The notes below the pieces were generated by a model. That model was not told where the DNA came from and did not search any database. It saw only the letters and a list, made by a program, of their open reading frames with translations. Both the position numbers and the translations under genes were made by a program. Below are positions 20,601 to 32,600 of a stretch of 64,000 bases of DNA, one piece after another. How positions within the stretch are numbered: the stretch's first letter is position 1; each line of letters begins with the position of its first letter. The stretch comes from Malacoraja senta (Eukaryota), in assembly GCA_038087875.1 (NCBI GenBank), contig CM075985.1, positions 9,796,001 to 9,860,000 of the forward strand, given 5' to 3'.

Positions 20601-23600
20601 GCTCATATCCAAAAAAATAATTCTTAAAAAAGTTAAGATTACTGTGGAAGTTCAGTTATGACCTTATTAAAACTCAGGGTGCTGTATACTATAGTCCTGT
20701 TAAAAATAAAATAAAAATAATAGTCCTGTTAAAAAATTAAAAATAATTACGCTCTGTTAATTTTGATACTGCAATGGCTAGTTCTCTTTTGAACATTCTC
20801 TTATTTCTCCAAAATGTCCATTACATTCAGCCTCATTGTGTTGAAACTAAGGCTCATCATGTAATCTCCAACTCAAGTGCAAACTTTGCTTGAACTGAGG
20901 AATTATTGATCTCCCTTAATTGTCCCTCCATCCTATATCGTTCAGACATTCATGTGTCGGCACCATTTAATAGAATACTCGTAGACACACTTAATCTAGA
21001 TATCTTACCACATTGGTGTTTTGTTCAATGGCGATTGTGCCCCTATGTCTGCGATGCCTGTGCCATTCTCTTCCATTATGTATGAGTAGAACAAGTGCAG
21101 AAATAAGGAAAAGAAGTAAGATTGCCATGATTCCTCCCATAAGCCCCATTTCCTTCGAACTGTACTTCCTGCTTTCCTTGGCAAGTCCAGATGGCACTGC
21201 ATATCAACGGAAAAAACATGCATTACATAATAAAAAAATAAAAGATGTGCCTAATGTTCTGGGAGAAATGCTAGAGTTTATTTTGTGAAGGTTGTGTGTT
21301 TTTTAATACTTGCAAGCAAAGCAATATCTTGCTATAGCTTTAGAAACAAACTTATTATTGTATTTTTTTAGTGCTGAATATCACCAATATTCAAATTTCC
21401 CATGATGTTTTCTTGGTTAAGATTGTTAGAGACTAGATTTGAAAGTCTTGTAGGTTTTCTTATAACAATCACTTCACATTTCAAAGCTTTGGGTACTGCA
21501 AAAGTAAGATTCCCTTATGCAAGCAAATATATTCCATGTGAAGTAGTTGAACATTTTTTGCGTAATGATGACTGTAGACAATCATTCTGCTTTTTATCAA
21601 GTATTACATTGGAATCTTTTATTTTCATCTAAATTAGCCAAAAAATCTCAAATCAACATTGTTTGCATTCGCAATATTGAAGCACCTCCTTCGTCTTGAT
21701 TGCATCGATCAGCCAAGATCATGAATTTACCCTGACATATTTCAGTGACCACCTATACCATGAAATCTTGGACAGCTTATTTGAAATACTCTGGGATGAT
21801 CTCTTTCATTATTGACAGTGAGTTGTACAACTGGTCTAAACAATGTAAGAGGAGGAAGGAGACATTCCATGCGCCCTTGTCCAAAGTAGGCATGCTAAGT
21901 GCTTATTTAGAACAGTGCATAATTACAATTTAAAATATTTCTACTCTTGATCTCTCCCTGTATTCCTGTATTAACCATCTTGCTTGCCTTCCCTCTGTTC
22001 TACCCTCTCTGGTATCTCTCTCTTGTAGCTATAGTTTTTATGCCATCCTGTTATTCTATCATAAAAAACCTGGTCAGATTGACTATAATTTTTTTAGTGC
22101 AAGGACATGCAACAAGTTCCTTCTGTACGTTTCTCACCTGCAGAGTGGTTCTTATTATCTATGCTCCTTGGTATTGAATAAAATGAATTATTTCCAACAA
22201 ATGTTAATTCAAATTGATTTAAATACCAGCACAACTTAAACATTTGCCAGTTTAACAACCCAGTTATGAGGTCCTGGAAACATATGGCCAGTATTATCAT
22301 GTAGATTCACATGGATTTGAGTGCAGCAATTGGCAGGTTAGGCTATCGGATTATAGATTTAACAACTTTAAATAGCTGCAATAGGGAGTCTAACGTCCAT
22401 GAAGTCTGTGTAAAATTGCTGCTAATGCCCCCAGTGCGGGTGAGGGCAACACTGAAATTGTTAAACATATTTAATGAATAAAACCTGTATGCTTTCTTTC
22501 ACTAACAATCTTCCAAAATCCTTCAAAGAACAAATAGTTTATAATTCCAAGAAGTGAAGAATGTAGTACCCACAGGGTGTGCTGTTACTCTAGTACCTCT
22601 GTACTACAGAGGCCAACAATCTAACGTTAAGCACCTGAAATCCATTGTATCCTCGGGCTATTCATCCAGATTTGAAGGCTCGATTCTAACTACGTATTGG
22701 TTATACATTGCTCATGTGTGTTCGAGCAGCACGTAGAAGAGAAGGAAATTTGGCACAAACCCAGCATTTGTAATCTACTTATGGAACTTGCTATTGTGAC
22801 TGAGCAATGTTCCAAACAGAAAGCACACGGCTAAGTTAGGTTTTAAAGGAATGTCTGCAAAATAGATCTATTAACCTGTGTGGCTCTCATTAGCCTGCGA
22901 TATAATTGGGAATTTCTATTTCTGAAAATATGCAAAGGAGCTTTTATTTTCTGTAACATATGAAGAGTCATCTGCAGTACAGTTGTATCCTATTTGAAAA
23001 TCAGATATCTAGAAGATTAAGGAAGGACTATAAATCATATAGTCCTTAAAAGTAACACTAGCAAATTTGCAGATGACACAAAGCTGGGTGGCAGTGTGAA
23101 CTGCGAAGAGGATGCTAGGAGGTTGCAGGGTGACTTGGACATGTTGAGTGAGTAGGCAGATGCATGACAGATGCAGTATATAATGTAGATAGATGTGAGG
23201 TTATCCAGTTTGGCGACAAGAACAAGGAGGCAGATTATTATCTCAATGGTTAAGAAGGATGCTGGAAAAATCGAAGGTAGATAAAAATGCTGGAGAAGCA
23301 GCATCTATGGAGCAAAGGAATAGGTGATGTTTCTTCAGACTGATGTGGGGGTGGTGGGGGCGGGAAGTAAGGAAGAGGCGGAGACAGTGGGCTGTGGGAG
23401 AGGTGGGAAGGGGAGGGGAAAGAGGGAGAAAGCAAGGACTATCTGAAATTGGAGAAGTCAATGTTCATACTGCTGGGGTGTAAACTACCTAAGCGAAATA
23501 TGAGGTGCTGCTCCTCTCAATGGTGTCAGATTAGGAAAAAGGGAAGTGCAACGAGACCTGGGTGTCCTTGTACACCAGTCACTCAAAGTAAACATGCAGG

Positions 23601-26600
23601 TACAGCAGGCAGTGAAGAAACCTAATGGTTTGTTGGCCTTCATAACAAGAGAATTTGAGTATAGGAGTAAAGAGATCCTTCTGCAGTTGTACACGGCCCT
23701 GTTGAGTCCACATCTAGAGTATTGTGTGCAGTTTTGGTCTCCTAATTTGAGGAACGACATCCTTGCTATTGAGGCAGTGCAGTGTAGGTTCATGAGGTTA
23801 ATACCCGGGATGGCGGGACTGTCATATGAGGAAAGATTGGAAAACCTGGGCTTGTATTCACTGGAATTTAGACGGATGAGAGGGGATCTTAGAGAAACAT
23901 ATAAAATTATAAAAGGACTGGACAAGCTAGATGCAAGAAAAATATTCCCAATGTTGGGCGAGTCCAGAACCAGGGGCCACAGTCTAAGCATAAAGGGGAG
24001 GCCATTTAAAACTGAGATGAGAAAAAACTTTTTCACCCAGAGAGTTGTGAATTTGTGGAATTCTCTGCCACTGAAGGCAGTAGAGGCCAATTCACTGGAT
24101 GAATTTAATAGAGTTAGATAGAGCTCTAGGGGCTAGCGGAATCAAGGGATATGGGGAGAAGGCAGGCGCGGGTCACTGATTGTGAATGATCAGCCATGAT
24201 CACAATGAATGGCGGTGCAGGCTCGAAGGGCCAAATGGCCTCCTCCTGCACCTATTTTCTATGTTTCTATATGGCCTTTCTCTGAGGTATACACATTTGT
24301 TGGTTTAGCAGTCACTGTGAAAAAGATCATACCATTTTCACTGGGTTTTCACCAAAGTGTACGAGTGTAGAGCTGGGTTGGGCACCAATACAAGCGCAAG
24401 AACCAACCGTCATCTGTTCATAATTTATTTTATAGTTTTTATCATAGTTGCCATGGTGGGTGATGTGGGATATTTTGACATCCAACTCCCAATCCTCTGT
24501 GCTCCTGTTATTGCAGATAATAAGATTGTACAGTTTCGCTTAGAAGTTCTGGGGCTCTCACCCTGTTACACAATGACTGATGAGGAAAGAAACTGTGTTG
24601 TGCATTGAATCATTTCTGAGAACTCTCCTCCACATCTTGCTACCACCTATACATTTCTGGCCCACTTTGCATTTCATCTTCTTAATGGATCATGTGCAAG
24701 CAGATGAGATTAGTTTATCTTGGCATCATGTTCGGCACACTGTGGGTCGAATGGTCTGTTCATGTGCTGCCCTGTTCATTGTTCTTAAAACCTCCGATGG
24801 TGAAGGGCTTTGGAAACCTTAAGTTTAATATCACCTATAATTCCCAAACAGGTCTGTTTTGGGATCATTACATGGTTAAAATTGCTGTTGAATCTATAAT
24901 TGATAGAGCAGATTTGATTTATAATCTTATTGACAGGCCTACCTGGCTGACTTGAATGAAGAATCTCAACTTTGACTCTTGTGCTGACCACGTCCCCTGA
25001 TTCTTTGTCAGATCCAACAAGCTGTAGAAACAAGTTAAACTAAAGTTCAATATTGTCTTTGTAACGCTTTATGAAAAGAGTCACAGAGAGAGCAAATTGC
25101 CATTCTTCCCACTGAATTGCATACAAGTAATAAATGAATGCAAAATGAGGACGCTAAAGAATGGAATTAAAAAGGGGTAGAGAAAGATGTTCTATGTCTT
25201 AACCTCAGAGCTGAGGCTGGAGTGTACCCTTACCTGCAACATGTATTTCTCACGCGCATGCAGACGATCTGTTCGAGCTATTAAGAGTCCTTCCTGTGTG
25301 ACTTGGAACAGCTGTGTGTGATTGGAGCGATGTGCCAGGGTGTAGACAATATTTGGATTTCTCCCCTGGGGTAATACATGGGCACAAATTCAAACAATAA
25401 GCATTCACGCTGATATAGAGTGAATAGTTAAATTTCCCCACTGCTGCCATTCCATGATCCACTCACTGAGTCCGGGACAGTAAATTCTGGGCTGTGAACA
25501 TCTCTGGCCATTACCTCAATGGGACAATGTGTTTTGGAGAACTATCTTATAATTGAAATTGGTCATGGTGATAAGTCCATGATTATGTATCTCAACACTG
25601 CAACAGTTCAAATGAAGTGGTGAAAGGTTCATGATCATGTAACTCAGCATTGCAAAGAGTCAAAGAAATTAAGATTATAAATCCTTGATGAAGTATCTCA
25701 GTGTTGGAATGTGTTAAGATGATAGGTGGACAATAAACTATTTTGTTACTGCAATAGATGGTAATGAGATGATTGAATTTTTGGAAGTGCCTTGGCATTG
25801 GGTCAGGATAAAAGATTCATAGTGTGGTATCTCAATATGAGAATGTGAGAAAGGGTGAAGTTAGTTAACACATATTCTACAGTGTGTTGAGGTGACAGCA
25901 TGTTAAATCCATTTATTTATAAAACATTTCTCCACTAGAGTCATGGAAATGGGCTCTTCAGCCCAATTTACCCATGGAATCCAAAACTGAGCATAGTACT
26001 TGAGAAAATAATAATAATAATGCATTTTATTTGCTGGCGCCTTCTGGACACCCAAGGACACCTTACAGGACATAAAATCACAATACATTTATCAATATTA
26101 AATCTAGTGGATTAAAAACAAAAAACAAAAAACAGAAAATACACAAAACATTTTAAATCATTAAAATCAGAGTGAATATGGTGAAAGTTATGTCGAGTAT
26201 GCTAATCTAAACGGGTGTGTTTTGAGTTGTGATTTGAATTGATCGATAGTGTCCAGGTGACGGATGGGGAGGTGGGAGAGTGTTCCAGAGACGTGGGGCA
26301 GAGCAGCTGAAGGCTCTGGCACCCATGGTGCTGAGTCTAAATGTGGGGACAGTTAAAATTGCAGCTGAGGAGGAACGAAGTGACCGAGAAGGAGTGTATG
26401 GTAGCAGCAGGTCAGAGAGGTATTGGTGTAGGGCTTTGAAGGTCAGCAGTAAAATCTTGTAGTTAATCCGGTGGTGCACAGGGAGCCAGTGGAGCTGAGT
26501 GAGGATGGGTGTGATGTGGTCCGATGATCTGGTGCGGGTGATGATCCGGGCTGCAGAGTTCTGAATGCATTGGAGGCGATGAAGAAGTTTATTGGAGGTG

Positions 26601-29600
26601 CAAGTGAGGAGGGCGTTGCAGTAATCGATGCAGGATGTGACCAGAGCGTGGATGAGTACTTTTGTATTGTCTTTGGAGAGGGAGAGGCGAAGTCTGGAGA
26701 TGTTGCGGAGATGAAAGTATGCAGAGCGTGTGATATTGCTGATGTGGGGGCCAAAGGAAAGTGTACTGTCCAGAAAAGTTCTAAAGCTCTGGGAAAGGCA
26801 GGTGAATTTGCCTAATGGATGGCTTTTTCAAAGATCTGTTCACATTAGCTATCTTTCTGTGAGGTTGAACATGATAACGGTTCTATTCAATTGAATAATT
26901 GCTTCCTCCCCTCTAGTATCCCAGTCTCCATCAGGTGAATATTGGATATAAGACTTGGAGAATTTCCTTACAGTCTTTGAAAACTGCCTTGTGATCTTCA
27001 ACATGCACCCTGACAGCAGGCAAATACCTCAATTTAATGTTTCGTTTAAATACTGACACTTCATCATGAGTGAAGAAGTATATACAACAAAAATATAATT
27101 TAACTCACATTTTTAAAATCCTGGTCTATTGCTTCTAGCAGTAAGAGCTTATTGCTGTAAGTAACTACCACAGCAAATGGGTTTGTTTGCTCCTGAACAA
27201 ATCCATCATACTTGGTGTTATTAAACCGTGGCCGATAGTGATTCTGGGCCAAAACCCGAATTAGCACTGTTGTCACTGTGTATTTTGTAGGATCATCTAC
27301 TTGGGAGGCCTGGAAAGGAAATAACATTAATGTAAAGTTGTGGAGGTTCTGTCTCTCTTGTTACTTACAGCCTCCACTTACTCTTAACTATATTACCTAT
27401 GTTTCTTAGTTCACACCCAATCATTGTGGCCAGACTCACAGATGCTGCCTGGCCTGCTGAGTGCATCTAGCATTTTCTCTTTTTTATTATGAATGTATAT
27501 AGTGAAAGGATATAGTACATCAAATCCCAAGGGGAATACATAAGATGAATGCACAGAATCTTTTACCCAGAACAGAGGAATCGGGAACCACATGAAAGGT
27601 TTAACATGAAAGGGGAAAGATTTAAAAGGAACCCGAGGGGCAGCTTTTTTCATGCAGAGGATGTTGGGTATATGGAATGAGCTGCCAGATGATGTCGTTG
27701 AGGCAGCTACTATAACAACATTTAAAATACATTTGGACAGCTACATGGATAGAAAAGGTTTACAAGGATATGAGCAAAATATGGGCTGGTTGGACTGGTG
27801 TGTATTGGGCATCTTGGTTGGCATGTTCAAGTTGGGCCGAAGGGCCTGTTTCCATGCTGTAATACTCAATGGGGAACTTGCAGCCTTGATCCTTGGGTCT
27901 GTTGACCTTTACATAGAATGTGTAGCTCAGAAATAGATCATTTTGCACAAATTGTCCAAGCCTCTGTTTATGCTGCATATCCTCCCATCCTAATTCACCT
28001 CATCAGCCTATAAATCTAACCCTTTTCTCATTTACATATCAAACTTCACTTTAAATAAATCTGTTTCGCTCACCTACAGATGGTAGCAATATCCTTATTC
28101 ACTAAGTAAAGGAGTTTCTCCTGAATTCCTGACTTGAATAGCCATCTTATAGTTAGAACACCATATATAGATAAGCTTTATTATTCATTCTATTCTGTTA
28201 ATTTTAATCTTTATATCTGGTACCATCCATATAATTCTAATTTGCACGTTCTGCAGAGATTCTTTATAATTTTTTCAGAAAGATCAATGGTCAAAGTAAT
28301 GTCCAAGCTGTTAGGCCCGCGAGGGAGGTGGAGAAGCGACACGAAAAAAATCGCCTCTCTGTCGAGGAAGTGACTGAAGAACGGTTTCCCCCTTCCCCCC
28401 CCCCCCCCACCACCCCCCACACAAGACATACCACTAAAACAAACATTTGAACACACTAAAAAAAACAAAAAAGTCGAAATAACGAACACGCTGCCGGCAG
28501 GGCAGCCGACTCGCCGCGCGCGCCCTCAACTGACCAAAAATTATTATCACCTAAAGAACTGACCAAAAATTATCATCACCTAAAGAAACGTCACAACCCA
28601 AAAAATCACCTATCCATGTTCGCCAGGGATGCTACCTGACCTGTTGAGTTACTACAGCACTGTGCCAGTGTTCAAGCCAAACAACTGGAAAAAAGGCTCA
28701 TTGTTCATTGTCACATTGATTTTGTTTAAAGCCAGAAATAATCATTAATTATATTTTCTTTACCATGACTGTCAAAGAGAACAAGGGGGTCTTCATCAAG
28801 CTCCGAACTGGCCACCTCATCATCATTGCTCCAGTAACATTGTTGACTTCAAATCTACCATTATCATCACCTGAAGAATAGAAGGAACAGTGAGAACTAG
28901 CCCAGTCTCTAACTGGTCCTGTTCCACTAGATGTACTGTGTGTGGCAAGTCTTTCCTGCTGAAGTTTCCTATCTCCCTCATTGCTAGTCCCAATTTCAAC
29001 CACCAAGACTGGACCCCATTTTTCCCATTGTTGAATCTCAGTTACTCTTCAGACCTAAACTCTCTTTGCTGTACAGAGGCCAGACTCCAGCTCTTTCTCT
29101 TTTTGCTAGACCCAGCTGACTCGTTGAGATCTTACCCAAATTCTCCTAATGACAGAATTCATTAAACGCTCGCTGAGATTAGACCTGAGCACACCCGCTG
29201 AGATTGGACCACTGATGTCAGATCCAAGTGTTCGCATTCCCAGATCCAAGCTCTTTCACCGACCCAAAGCTATCACAGCTTTCCATTCAGCTTTAACCAC
29301 TTGAGCTCTCCTCCTGACTTCACCCCTGCACACTTCTGTTGTACCTCGCGCCATCCTCACCCAAACCCGTACATTTATAGCATTTCCTGTTATACTTCCT
29401 GCCTTCCAAACTATGACATGATTTTCAGATTTATTTCAAGCAAAAGAGTAGTCACTTAGACTGATTTCATTGTCTTTTAGAGTTCAGACCTGTGAGAATT
29501 GAATATGCAACTTGTGTCTGAAGTCCCTTGTCTCCATCTTCTGCTAATAAGGGTCCTGGGGAGAGCAGGAGAGCATGATACTGTAACAGACAAAAATATT

Positions 29601-32600
29601 GAAGTCAGCAAAGATAGGAAACACTTGTCTTGCTGATAAGACTTTAGTCAACATGCAACCAATCAATATTCGGAATTGGACACTTTCCATTTTATGACCT
29701 TTTTGTTCGGTGAATTCCAGCATGTATGCGAGAGGTAACCTGCCTCTGCTGGCTTCCAACACCTTATCTTAAATCCATCGTTGCAACAGCAGCTTGTATT
29801 GCATCCGAGTGGCATTGCCCAGTTCACATACCCATCTTTCCCTGGCTCTGAATGAGATTGTATGTCTTATGCAAAATAAGAACAAACATTCGATTTCATT
29901 TACAGAACTCTTTTTATAACTTCAATGTTCCAAAATCTGCGTACTAAATAATATTTAAAGGTCATAATTTCCATTATTCAAAATAGCATAGTTTTGCGCA
30001 GCAACCTCCCACATGCTGCATGTCAATATTGAGAGAGATATATTAATCAAAATAGTGATAAATCCCCTGCTCTTCTTTGAAATAATGCCATCGAACTATT
30101 GAGTTCACCAAGGGAGTACACAGTACTTTGGTTTAATATTTGTTCTGAAAGATGGCACTGCTAACTGTGCAAACATCTCTCCCCCCCTCCCAATCCCCTC
30201 CTGCCCCCATCCATTAATGTTTTGGAAAGTCATCATACATTGTGTGTTTAGATCAGAAAAATAGATCATATTATTTGGGAAATGTTAAAAAAAGTTAAAT
30301 TAAGGAGCAATGGGGATCTGGGAGTAAACATTTACAAATTATTTATAGTTGTAATGGATTTTAATGGACCATGGAAATATAGCTGGAAATACTTCAATAA
30401 TACAATACAACTAACAATACTTCCTTTCTCTTAATTAGACACCTTTTTGAATTGATGCTTTCTTAATGTTTTTTTTTAATGAGATTTGTTGTTGTTGATG
30501 TGCTTCCGTAGCACCACCTTATATCAGACCACAGCAACCAAACTATCTGCAGTAGTAGACTACCTTGGTGATAGAAACTTCATATAGACATTTCTACTTG
30601 AGGTCTTTACTCCAGTAAGACATATTCCTGGAGATCTCAGTACAAGACCTGCCATGAACCACTCCACTGCAATGCAGAACTGCAGTTGGTCACTTGAAAT
30701 GTGGTCATGAAACATTCCCTCTCCTGCTTTCCCACAGGAGTTGGAAAATAACAGACTCCTTGTTATCCATTTGGATGATTGCCTATTATTAGAATTGATT
30801 TACTCAAAAAGATGTTAGTTAATAAATAATGCATTCAAAGAAGTTAAGAAGTGCGTAATTATATTCTTAGCTTGTTCTGCTGACAGCACTAACTGGGAGA
30901 TTTATGAACATGAAATTCTGTAAACCTCACGCGAGTATTGAGGAGGAATATGTTGAGGAGGAATATTGAGGGGCGGCATGGTGACGCAGCAGTAGAGTTG
31001 CTGCCTTATGGCACAAGAGATCCAGGTTTGATTCTGATTACAGGTGCTTTATGCACAGAGTTTGTACATTCCCCCCATGACCGCATGGGTTTTCTCCGGG
31101 TGCTCCGGATTCCTTCCACACTCCAAAGACATAGAGGTTTGTAGGTTACTTGGCTTCAGTAAAAATTGTAAATTATCCCTAGTTTGTAGTGTGCTAATAT
31201 ATTGGGGATCGCTGGTCGGCACGGACTCGGTGGGCTGAAGGTCTATTTTCATGCTGTATCTCTAAACGATAAAGGAAACTGTGCTAAGATGATGGTTGTT
31301 TAAACTGGAAGTCTTGTGGCGAGATTTCAAAAATTTCAACATTCATTGTGACCCTTTTGCATGAATTCCCTCTTACTGGTAGCTTTGCTTCTGTGACATT
31401 TCCTGTGTAGATTGGATTGACGCAGACTCTGGTCTTCCCATGTAACACAAACTTGCATGGAAGAAATCTTGGATACTGGTCATCCCCATCCAACACACTA
31501 ATGGTCACTTTTGCTGTTGTGTTGTATTTCTCCTCGGTATTTCATTTCCTGTGTGAAAGATATTATTAGGAGGGTAAAGAAACATTTTCAGTGCTAAGAC
31601 AGTTAGTACAACTAAGTCAGGAGGTACATTTTTAGGAATTACAGGAGGTTTTCGGGAAGAAACTACAGAGCTCAATACACTAGTTGTGCTCACTCTACAT
31701 TAGCAAACTCTGGGCAAAATCGCATTGGAACAAAGATAACATGGGTAAATGAGTTTTCATACCATAGCATAAACCATTAGATCCAACTCTTTCTTGCTCT
31801 CATAATCGAGGCGTTGGGCAGAAGGATGTTCCCACTGTTTGGTAGGTCAATCTTGAAGAATTCTGCATCTTTCTACAACACAAAGTTTGACATTGATAAA
31901 ATGAAAGACGTCAGTCTCTCCTGCATGCAGGGAGACAGAGAAAACCTACCCATTAGATTCCCAACCTGCTGGTCTCTGAACTGGACCTTGTTCTTCTTTT
32001 CCATTGCAACCTTAGTCTCTTCTGCTTTGAGATTATTGTGGCCTTTTTTTCCCTTCCAGTCTGAAGGGATGGTGATGTATGCTGGTGAATCTGTAGAATT
32101 GAAGGAAGCCATTCCTACTCCTCAACAGCAATTTATTGAAATTATTATCTTGTTGGTACGATCCTTTCAGTAACAACAGGCCATCAAATAGACAGGAGCA
32201 AATGTGGATTCTCCTTTACACTCTGCAATTTAAGTAAAATGTTTGCGGGGACAAGTAAAATGGGCTTTTCCAGCAGTAGGCTAGATATCTTTCTGCAGTA
32301 CTTTCAGCATTGTGTGCTGGGCCTTGAAATTGGCCCTCTCTGCACCTGCATTATGTCTCAAAGTGACAAGAACTAACTTCTGTTATTCTCTGCACTTATT
32401 CTAAAACAAGCTTTAAGAAGGAACTGCAGAATGCTGGAACAATCGAAGGTAGACAAAAATGCTGGAGAAAACTCAGCGGGTGAGGCAACGTCTATGGAGC
32501 GATGGAATGAGTGACGTTTCGAGTCGGGTTGGGTGAAGAAGGGTCTCGACCCAAAACATCACCCATTCCTTCGCTCCATAGATGCTGCCTCATCCGCTGA

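Noticed and set aside
28529-28586. 29-bp tandem duplication (also a duplication of about 29 bp at 20690-20747)
   Set aside because: Ordinary local slippage duplications in introns, with no sign of function.
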